Part shown: piece by piece, positions 47,851 to 55,900 of the stretch
Numbering within the stretch: the first letter of the stretch is position 1
How the letters are laid out: the number at the start of each line of letters is the position of its first letter
Origin: Verrucomicrobiota bacterium
GTDB taxonomy: Bacteria; Verrucomicrobiota; Verrucomicrobiia; Limisphaerales; UBA11320
Direction of reading: 5' to 3'
Length of the DNA stretch: 64,000 nt
Assembly (NCBI GenBank): GCA_016199985.1
Contig: JACQFQ010000029.1
Coordinates: 73,440-137,439, forward strand
Program-made: the position numbers and the translations under genes
The notes under the pieces: model-generated
What the model was told of the DNA's origin: nothing
Seen by the model: only the letters and a program-made list of their open reading frames with translations
Databases searched by the model: none

Positions 47851-47910
47851 GCAGGCCCCGGGGGTTGCGTGATCTTGATCAACGTCTCCGGGGCCTGCTC
47901 CTTTTCTTCA
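47851..47910 (+). terminator. Intrinsic-terminator-like hairpin after the Gly-rich protein gene
   Basis: An 11-bp stem, GCAGGCCCCGG ... CCGGGGCCTGC (47851-47861 / 47888-47898), is followed by tccttttcttc. The loop is long (26 nt) with an inner gttg/caac pairing. Confidence 0.4.
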
Positions 47911-48218
47911 GTCATTCAACCCGCTGGGGGAACTCTCTTAGATCAATGCCGAGCTGCCCCGTCGTGGAGAAGCCTTGGAGTCGGGTGAAGCCACCGTGTG
48001 GACCGCGTCTGTCTGCTTTGAAACCTCAACAGATCGGACGCGAAGCCACGGGAGGTGAATCTCGCCGAACTTCCGAACTTCCGTCGCCAAACATCTTGAC
48101 GTTCCACGGAATCGGCGTAGGACGGTCTCATGGCCGCACAGCTTTTCCGTTTTCGGAATCAGCGCGCTGGACTCCTCCGGCGTCGGGCTCGATGCGTCGC
48201 CTTCAAACTCCTCCCTCT

Positions 48219-49784
48219 ATGAACACCAGCCTCACTCGTCGAACCTTCCTCACTCAGGTCAGCCAGGGCATGTTGCTGGCCACGGTCGGATTGGAAACAG
48301 CCGCTGACCTGCGTCTGACCGCGAAGCCACAGGATGAAGGCGAGGGCGCCCTGGACTTCGGCCCGCGGGAGCCCCTGGTGCGCTTGATGCAGGAAACTCC
48401 GGTGGATCGGTTGTTGCCCGCGCTTGTTCGCCAACTGCGTTCCGACGTGAGCTTGAAGGACCTTGTAGCCGCGGCCGCTCTGGCCAACGCGCGCACCTTC
48501 GGAGGCGAGGATTATGTGGGCTTCCACACGATGATGGCGCTCGCCCCGGCGTTCTACATGTCGCAGGAGCTCCCGTCATCCCAGGCGGCTCTCCCCGTAT
48601 TCAAGGTGTTGTATCGAAACACCGCGAGGATTCAGGAGCATGGCGGACGCAAGGGCGAGGTGCTCCACGCGGTGGAGGGCGGGGCGGGCTCGGCGAGCGT
48701 GGAGGGCGGGGTTGCGCTGCGGGACGCGGTTCGGAGCGCCGACGCGCAGAAAGCGGAAAGGACGCTCGCCTCCATCGCGCGCGGGTCCGCTGAAGACGCG
48801 TTTGAGGCGGTTTTGATGGCGATGCACGATCACACCGAGGTGCATCGCGTGGTCCTTCCGTATCGTGCCTGGGACATGCTGGGCATTGTCGGAAAGGAGC
48901 ACGCGAATACGATGCTTCGGCAGTCGGTCCGCTATTGCGTGAAAGCCGAATCCTATTCGCGCTCCGCCGCGGGCGACGAACCCCGGACGCTGCTTCCACG
49001 CTTGCTCGAGGAGCATCACTTGATGTCGAAAACCCCGGGAACGCGAGACCCGGGAGATGGATGGGTGCAGGAATTCAGCGAGACGCTTTTCAAGTCCACC
49101 GGCGCTCAAGCCGCAGCCGCCGCCGCCGCCGCCCTGGCGGACGGAATCGCCCCGGATGTCATCGCCGAGGCGGTGTCCCTTGCGGCGAACCAGTTGGTTC
49201 TTCGCGACCAAGGCCGTCTGCCGCGCGAAGAAGTCGCGGGAAAGCCGGTGGGGAGCGTTCACGGCGATTCGATCGGGGTTCACGCGTCGGATTCCGCGAA
49301 CGCCTGGCGGAATATGGCGAAGGTTGCGCGTCCGAGAAATTGCTTCGCGAGCGCGATCCTGGGCGCCTATCAGGTCGCGGTGGATCGCACAGCCCGCGGC
49401 GGCGATTTCGATCATTGGCAGCCTCTGCCGATAGAGCGACACCTCAGCGAGATCAAATCGACGTCGCCCGAGGCGCTCCTCCGCGAAGCCGAGGAAGCGA
49501 TCCGCGGCAATCTTCAGGCCAAGGCGGCCGCGGTCGCACATCGATATGGCCAGCAGGGGCACGCGCCGCGCCCCCTGTTCGACCTTCTGCTTCGGTACGC
49601 CGTGAGCGAGGACGGCTCATTGCACGCGGAGAAGTTTTATCGCACCGCGTCGGAGGAGTTCGGCAGGAGCCGCGCGGTCTATCGCTGGCGGTACGCGGTT
49701 GCCCTGGCGCGAGTGACGGCGAGCGAGTATGGCCGTCCGGCTCCCGGAATCGCGGAAGCCCGATCGCTGCTTCAATTGAGTTGA
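48219..49784 (+). CDS. Tat-signal hypothetical protein (mostly helical)
   Basis: The ATG at 48219 gives MNTSLTRRTFLTQVSQGMLLATVGLETAADL, a twin-arginine motif. I recognise no family. The N-terminal 118 aa of the track ORF are rejected. Confidence 0.65.
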   Translation: MNTSLTRRTFLTQVSQGMLLATVGLETAADLRLTAKPQDEGEGALDFGPREPLVRLMQETPVDRLLPALVRQLRSDVSLKDLVAAAALANARTFGGEDYVGFHTMMALAPAFYMSQELPSSQAALPVFKVLYRNTARIQEHGGRKGEVLHAVEGGAGSASVEGGVALRDAVRSADAQKAERTLASIARGSAEDAFEAVLMAMHDHTEVHRVVLPYRAWDMLGIVGKEHANTMLRQSVRYCVKAESYSRSAAGDEPRTLLPRLLEEHHLMSKTPGTRDPGDGWVQEFSETLFKSTGAQAAAAAAAALADGIAPDVIAEAVSLAANQLVLRDQGRLPREEVAGKPVGSVHGDSIGVHASDSANAWRNMAKVARPRNCFASAILGAYQVAVDRTARGGDFDHWQPLPIERHLSEIKSTSPEALLREAEEAIRGNLQAKAAAVAHRYGQQGHAPRPLFDLLLRYAVSEDGSLHAEKFYRTASEEFGRSRAVYRWRYAVALARVTASEYGRPAPGIAEARSLLQLS

Positions 49785-49809
49785 AGCAACAAGGCGAACG
49801 CTTCGATGG

Positions 49810-50166
49810 ATGGGTATGGTTGACGCGTTCTCCGACGACATTTCAGCCGCTCGTTACCTGGCGGCGATCCACTCTCAGTTCCAGACCCGGACTCCGGCGG
49901 GAGATCGGATTGCATTGAGACTGATCCAGGTGACGTCGCCCCGAATGACCCTCGCCTCGGTCGATCCCGCGGGACCCCGATATGAGTGCTTCTCGTTGAT
50001 CTTCGAGGGGGCCGATGACACCCCGCTTTCCCAGGGCTTGTGTCGTCTGGAGCATGACGCCTTGGGAGTCGCGGACATCTTCATTGTGCCGGTCGGCGCG
50101 GAGCGCGGACGTCGGCAGTATGAGGCGGTCTTCAATAGAAGGGTTACCCCTTCGCCCCTGCCGTAA
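49810..50166 (+). CDS. Small hypothetical protein, paralog A (no signal peptide)
   Basis: The 118-aa product shares F.L.F.G...H..LG..D(I/L)FIVP(V/I)GAE....YEAVFNR with the next gene. Confidence 0.6.
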   Translation: MGMVDAFSDDISAARYLAAIHSQFQTRTPAGDRIALRLIQVTSPRMTLASVDPAGPRYECFSLIFEGADDTPLSQGLCRLEHDALGVADIFIVPVGAERGRRQYEAVFNRRVTPSPLP

Positions 50167-50303
50167 GGCCTCCGTCCTCCGGCGTTCCTGCGCTGAACGG
50201 CATCGCGCCCGCGCCAAATGCCCGGCGGGCCGCGCATCTCGGGACGCGTTGCTGTTCGGATGTCCGTAAACGCGTCAAACGCGCGCCGTCCCATCCTAAT
50301 GTT

Positions 50304-50332
50304 TTGACCCAAGCCTCCGATCTCGTTAGCAT
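50304..50332 (+). promoter_or_regulatory. Candidate sigma70-like promoter (TTGACC-N17-TAGCAT)
   Basis: The sequence ttgacc(50304-50309)-17 nt-tagcat(50327-50332) lies about 33 nt upstream of the ATG at 50365, inside the only sizeable gap (198 nt) of this cluster. Confidence 0.3.
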
Positions 50333-50364
50333 GCGTTTCGCCGTCCGAAAACCGGAGTCGCTGG

Positions 50365-50847
50365 ATGTTTAAGTTGTTTATCGCTACTCGCCGACGCTTT
50401 ATTGGTGGTTGTTCCGCCCTCGCCGCGATCATGGCTTGCGTTCGAGTCCGCTCGGCGACCTCCCTCAGGGATCCTTTCTCGGCGCCATCCTTTTCTGAAC
50501 CGCCTTCATTCGAAGCGTTCGCCCGGCACTCCCTTTCCTCCTTCGTTGCGCTGAATCGCGGCGGAGAGTCCCGCCAACTTCAACTCGTGCTCGTCGAGTC
50601 GCCTTCATCGCGGGGCCTGGGCGTGGCGCGCGGTCCGGATTCCCGCAACGAGAGGTTCCGGTTGGTCTTTCGCGGTGAAGGAGCGTCGCGCTGGGCGCAG
50701 GACACCTATCGATTCCATCACGCGCATCTCGGCGAGTTCGATTTGTTCATCGTTCCCATTGGCGCCGAAGATCCGCGCCATGGTTATTACGAGGCGGTGT
50801 TCAATCGTCCCTCCCGACTCAGCCCAAAGGAGACCGCTCATGTCTGA
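50365..50847 (+). CDS. Small hypothetical protein, paralog B, with a Tat-type signal
   Basis: The N-terminus is MFKLFIATRRRFIGGCSALAAIMA (twin-Arg). The C-terminal domain is paralogous to 49810-50166 and ends DLFIVPIGAEDPRHGYYEAVFNR. An 8-nt overlap joins it to the next gene. Confidence 0.65.
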   Translation: MFKLFIATRRRFIGGCSALAAIMACVRVRSATSLRDPFSAPSFSEPPSFEAFARHSLSSFVALNRGGESRQLQLVLVESPSSRGLGVARGPDSRNERFRLVFRGEGASRWAQDTYRFHHAHLGEFDLFIVPIGAEDPRHGYYEAVFNRPSRLSPKETAHV

Positions 50848-51343
50848 ACCCTTTATAGGAGAAATCCGCGCGTTCAGCTTCAACTATGCTCCCAAAGGGT
50901 GGGCGATGTGCAATGGGCAGCTGTTGCCGATCAACCAGAATCAGGCGTTGTTCGCTCTGTTGGGAACGACCTATGGCGGCGATGGGCGAACGACTTTCTC
51001 GCTCCCCAATCTGCAGGGACGCGTTCCTTTGCACTTCAGCCAGGCCATTCCGCAAGGCGCAACGGGGGGCGAGCTCGCGCATACCCTAACTCTTTCCGAG
51101 ATGCCGGCGCACACTCACGTCCTTCAGGCCTCTCCGGCGGTTGGGACGGCGAATGTTCCCACCAACACCTCCATGCTGAGCCGTCGCGCCGCCGAGATTT
51201 ATCACGATCCCGTGGATCTGACGCCGATGGGCCCTTCCACCGTGGGCCCCGCCGGGTCCGGTCAGGCTCATTCCAATTTGCAGCCGTATCTGGTGTTGAA
51301 CTTCTGCATGGCATTGCAGGGATTATTTCCATCGCGCAACTGA
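50840..51343 (+). CDS. Phage tail collar domain protein (MdpB/COG4675-like), paralog 1
   Basis: The start is MSEPFIGEIRAFSFNYAPKGWAMCNGQLLPINQNQALFALLGTTYGGDGRTTFSLPNLQGR. An HTH (HxH) motif is present. The C-terminal motif is GQAHSNLQPYLVLNFCMALQGLFPSR. Confidence 0.9.
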   Translation: MSEPFIGEIRAFSFNYAPKGWAMCNGQLLPINQNQALFALLGTTYGGDGRTTFSLPNLQGRVPLHFSQAIPQGATGGELAHTLTLSEMPAHTHVLQASPAVGTANVPTNTSMLSRRAAEIYHDPVDLTPMGPSTVGPAGSGQAHSNLQPYLVLNFCMALQGLFPSRN

Positions 51344-51353
51344 GGACCAAGCC

Positions 51354-51857
51354 ATGGGACAACCTTTCTCCGGTGAGATTCGACTGTTCGCGGGCAACTT
51401 CGCCCCGCTGGGATGGGCGTTCTGCGAGGGGCAGCTGCTGCCCATCTCGGAGTATGAGGTTTTATTCACCTTGATCGGGACAACGTATGGCGGAGATGGC
51501 CAATCGACCTTCGCGCTGCCAGACCTCCGCGGGCGCGTGGCCGTGCATCAAGGCCCGGGTTTTGTGGCCGGGCAGAGCGCCGGCGTGGAGTTCGTGACGC
51601 TTACAACGGCTCAACTGCCGCCGCACACGCATCCATTCCTTGCGTCGGCCGATTCGGCGGCGTCTCCGAATCCTGAAGGTCGCACGCTCGCTGAGACGGC
51701 GACGACGACACCGTATTTCCAGGGTTCGGCCGCAGTGGCCCTGGCTTCGAGTTCAATGGGTCCGGCTGGCGGAAACCAACCCCATAGCAATCTGCAACCG
51801 TTTCTATGCATGAATCACATCATTTGCCTGCAGGGAATCTTCCCGACCCGGAGCTAA
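51354..51857 (+). CDS. Phage tail collar domain protein, paralog 2
   Basis: The N-terminus reads GEIRLFAGNFAPLGWAFCEGQLLPISEYEVLFTLIGTTYGGDGQSTFALPDLRGR. An HTH motif is present. The C-terminal motif is GNQPHSNLQPFLCMNHIICLQGIFPTR. Confidence 0.9.
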   Translation: MGQPFSGEIRLFAGNFAPLGWAFCEGQLLPISEYEVLFTLIGTTYGGDGQSTFALPDLRGRVAVHQGPGFVAGQSAGVEFVTLTTAQLPPHTHPFLASADSAASPNPEGRTLAETATTTPYFQGSAAVALASSSMGPAGGNQPHSNLQPFLCMNHIICLQGIFPTRS

Positions 51858-51877
51858 CGCAACTCGCCTCCTGAGAT

Positions 51878-52408
51878 ATGGCTGATCCATTCCTGGCTGA
51901 GATTCGACTTTTCGGGTTCAACTTCGCTCCGAGGGGATGGGCGTTCTGCACCGGACAGATCCTCCCGATTGGTCAGAACACAGCGCTCTTTTCTTTGCTC
52001 GGCACCACGTATGGCGGCAATGGAAGGTCAACTTTCGCGCTGCCGAATCTCGAGGGAGCCGTCGTGATGCATCCGGGCCATGGGCCGGGGCTCTCGAACT
52101 ATGATCTGGGTCAATCGGGGGGACAATCGACGGTGACGCTTCTCAATTCCGAGATGCCGCAACACTCTCACGCGCTCGCGGCGTCGAATGAGATCGGCGA
52201 GGACCGGAAGCCTTCGGGCGAAGCTTTTGCGCGATCCACGGGAGGCCCGCTTTACGGTCCTCCGCCCGTCCCTCCGGCCGCTTCCGTCGCGATGGCGCCC
52301 GCCGCGATCGGCGTCATCGGCGGCAATCAACCTCACAACAACATGATGCCCCATCTGGCGGTGAGCTTTTGCATCGCGCTGCAGGGAATCTATCCGGCTC
52401 GCGGCTGA
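51878..52408 (+). CDS. Phage tail collar domain protein, paralog 3
   Basis: The N-terminus reads AEIRLFGFNFAPRGWAFCTGQILPIGQNTALFSLLGTTYGGNGRSTFALPNLEG. An HSH motif is present. The C-terminal motif is GNQPHNNMMPHLAVSFCIALQGIYPAR. Confidence 0.9.
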   Translation: MADPFLAEIRLFGFNFAPRGWAFCTGQILPIGQNTALFSLLGTTYGGNGRSTFALPNLEGAVVMHPGHGPGLSNYDLGQSGGQSTVTLLNSEMPQHSHALAASNEIGEDRKPSGEAFARSTGGPLYGPPPVPPAASVAMAPAAIGVIGGNQPHNNMMPHLAVSFCIALQGIYPARG

Positions 52409-52420
52409 GGCGAGCTCACG

Positions 52421-52936
52421 ATGATGAATCCCACCCCTCACTCTGAAGCGGCGTTCTCCCTCCGCCCCGCGCAAGACGCCGACGCCGAGGCGCTGTTCCG
52501 AGTTTACGCGAGCACGCGAACAGAGGAGTTGGCGAAGGTTCCCTGGGACGATGGGAGGAAGGATGCGTTCCTCCGCATGCAGTTCGAGGCTCAGACCCGC
52601 TGCTACCGATCCGACTACCCCGGCGCTGTGTTTGACGTCATTCTAGTTCGTGGGGCGATTGCCGGACGTCTTTCGGTGCATCGACGCGCGCAGGAGATCC
52701 GAGTCATGGACATCGCGCTGCTCCCTGAGCACCGGCGTCGTGGGATCGGCGGTCGGATTCTACGCGGTATCCTTCAAGAAGCGGAGCGGGATGCCAAGCA
52801 TGTCACCATCCATGTGGAGAGTTTCAATCCGGCGCAACATCTCTATGAGCGCTTGGGGTTCCAGCGCGTGGGGAGCAACGGGGCGCACCACCTGATGGAG
52901 TATCGTCCCGCCGCGCTCGTGGAGGCGAGGTCATGA
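52421..52936 (+). CDS. GNAT family N-acetyltransferase
   Basis: The 171-aa product has the acetyl-CoA motif LLPEHRRRGIGGRILRGIL and the C-terminal motif AQHLYERLGFQRVG. Its stop overlaps the next start by 4 nt. Confidence 0.85.
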   Translation: MMNPTPHSEAAFSLRPAQDADAEALFRVYASTRTEELAKVPWDDGRKDAFLRMQFEAQTRCYRSDYPGAVFDVILVRGAIAGRLSVHRRAQEIRVMDIALLPEHRRRGIGGRILRGILQEAERDAKHVTIHVESFNPAQHLYERLGFQRVGSNGAHHLMEYRPAALVEARS

Positions 52937-55900
52937 GACCAAGTCTTCGCTCGATGGCCGCGGGGTTCGTCTGGCTCTGCGTCCTTGCCGCCCTGAATCC
53001 GGAGGCGCTGGCGCAAACCAATCTGGGTGTCGCGCTGACGACGTCGCTCACCGCGACACAGGGCGCCGTGTTGGCATACACCCTGATCATTACCAACCAG
53101 GGGACCAACGCGGTTCAGGGGGTCAGATTCTCGGATATTCTCGATCCGAACACGACGCTCGTTCCAGGGTCGGTGAACACGTCGCCCCTGGCGTTCGACG
53201 ACGCCTATTCGGTGATCGGCAACGTGGCGCTGAGCATCCCCGCTCCCGGAGTGCTTGCGAACGATGTGGATCTCGATGGCGTGGGGCCTGCCTTGTCGGT
53301 CACAGGTTTCGACGCCGCTTCCGCGCGGGGCGGCAAGATCGTGATGAGCGCGAACGGCGGATTCACGTATGATCCGCCCGTTGGATTCGAGGGCGTCGAC
53401 AGCTTCAGCTACCGGATCGACGACGGAGAGGGATTCACGGACACAGGGAAGGTGAGTCTGACCGTGACGGGCGTCGTTTGGTTTGTGAACGCCGCCGCCC
53501 CCGCGGGCGGCGACGGACGATTGAAAACCCCTTTCAAGTCGCTCGCCTCTTTCGCCGCGATCAATAACAACAGTCCGGCAGGCGGTCGGAGCGGTCACAG
53601 CCTCTTTCTGTATTCGGGGTCCTACGCGGGCCCGCTCACGCTCCTGAACGATCAGAGAATCCTGGGTCAGGGCGCCGGGGCTTCGCTCTCCGCGATCACA
53701 GGCCTGACGCCACCCGTTGGCAGCCTCGCGTTTCCGGCAACGGGCGGCGCGCGACCTGTGGTGGGAAACGGCACGGCCGGGATCGTTCTTGCATCCGGCA
53801 ATCAGGCGCGCGGCTTGAATTTCTCCACAACCGGCGGGGCGATCGCAGGCGCCCACGTTGGCGCGCTCACGTTGCTGGAGATCGGTGTCACGAACACCGG
53901 CGGCGTCGCTGTCAACCTGGCTGACGGATCCCTCAGCGTCACCCTCGACGCGGTCCATTCGACCGGGGGCGCCACGGGGATACGCCTGGCGAAATGCGCC
54001 GGCGGTTTTGCCATCATCGGCGATGGCGCCGCCGCGGAAAACGGCAGCGGAGGCACTCTCAAGACGACCACGGACAGCGCGGTGATTCTGGATGGGGCCG
54101 CCAATGTTTCGCTCTCGCGGATGCGAATCCTCAACGCGGGCGGCAGCGGCGTCTGGGGCCAGAGCGTCAATGGCTTGGTCGTGGACTGGTGCCGGCTTGC
54201 CAACAACGGCGACGCTGTGGGAGAGGCCGGCATTCGGCTCGGGGATCCCTTGGGGGCCACGGGTTTGATCGGAACCACCTCTGGCGGTTCGAACCCCACG
54301 CGTATCTCGAACACCCTGATCCTGGGCTCGGGAGAGATGAATCTTGCGATCTACAACAACGCAGGGACATTGCAACAGTTGGATCTCGTGAACCTTGTCT
54401 CCAGCGACACCCGCAATCGTCCGCTGGGGGCCGACGGATTCCTGTTCGAGACCCGCGGCAGCGCGGTCGCGGCGCTCTCCTTTGCGCATTCGTCCTTCTC
54501 CAACAACTTTACCCAAGGGATCCAGGCTTCAGCCTTGGATAAGTCCACGCTTACCGTGAGCGTTGTGGACTGCGGATTCACCAATAACAATGAGGGCGTT
54601 GTGCTCGGGAACGCGAACGCCGCTCAGCTGACCTTCGACGTGGCCAGCAACCGGTTCGTCAACACGCTCGCCGCGGGGGCCTCCGGCGCGGCGATCGCCG
54701 CGGTCAACGCGACCACGGTGACAGGCGTCGCCCTCTACTCGGGGCGGATCCGGAACAACACGATTGCCGGCGGGGGCATCGACAATCACTTGATCGCCGC
54801 GCTTTTCTCCGGCGCCGGGAACAACACGCTTTCGGTGACAAGCAACTCTATTGTGGCCGCCAACAGCCAGTTCAGCGGCGTCTTCATTCAGGCGGGCGAA
54901 GCGGGCTCGGGCAAGCTGAGCGCCAGCGTTTTGGTGAAGGGCAACAAGGTTTCCGTCGGCGCCTTGGGGAGCCATGGGATAGTAGCGCAATCGCGCGTGA
55001 TATCGACGCTCTGCGCTGAGATCGCCGAGAACGTTTCCACGACGGCGGGCCAGGGATTGTTCGGCGTCAATATCCGTCAGCGGGACGCTTCGACCTTCCG
55101 GCTGCCTGGATTCGCCGGTCCGTTCAACTCCACCGCATCGGTCGCCGCGTTCGTTGCCGGCAAGAACAACGGCAGCACCGTGAACGCCACTGTCAGCAGC
55201 GCCTACTCGGGCGGCGGTCCTTGCGTTCTCCCCCTGATGGCCGCGGCTCGACCGACGCCTCGAGATGCGACGGCGGCCACGCCTCTTTCGCCATCACGGT
55301 CTTCAGACGAGTTTCCACAGCCGGCGCGGGGCGTCCCACCGGTCGCGAACCGATCGCCGCGGGCGCTGAGCGACGCCGAGTTGCAAGCTGGGGCGGCCGC
55401 GGCGCGCGAGGTGTGGGCGCGCTCAGGAATCAGTCCTCAGAGGCTCGAGGCTCTGGAGCATGTGCGGTTCGAAGTGGCCGACCTGAGCGGGTGGCGGCTG
55501 GGCGAGTCCACGCCGGGCCTGGCTCGCCTGGATCGCACCGCGTGCGGATACGGATGGTTTGTCGATCCCTCGCCGTTGTCCAACGCGGCGCCGCAGGGAC
55601 AGATGGATTTGCTCTCCGCGCTCGCGCATGAGATGGGACATCAGCTCGGGCTGGCCGACGACTACCGTCCTTCGCGGAGCGGGGACGTGATGTACGGCGT
55701 GTTGGCGCCCGGCGAGCGGCGATTGCCTTCCGCGGGCCGCGCGCTTTCTGGCGCGGGCCGCTCTGACGCGGGTCCGCACTATCTGACAGCCGCGCTGGAT
55801 GTCGGGACCCTCCCTCCGGGCAAGAGCCTCACCATCGCCTTCCGTGCCCAAGTGGCGAAACCGATGCCGGGGGGCGTCTGCGCCTTGTCCAATCAGGCGA

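Noticed and set aside
50840-52408. The possibility that the tail-collar genes mark a prophage or tailocin.
   Set aside because: There are no sheath, tube, baseplate, capsid, terminase, integrase or att-like repeats anywhere in the window. The flanks are ordinary secreted-protein and metabolic genes.
52843-54516. A 557-aa minus-strand ORF. The similar ORFs 56020-57138 (-) and 57211-57975 (-) fall in the same category.
   Set aside because: All are antisense to the giant exoprotein gene, whose domain grammar is coherent on the plus strand. They have no motifs and an Arg/Gly/Asp-rich composition.
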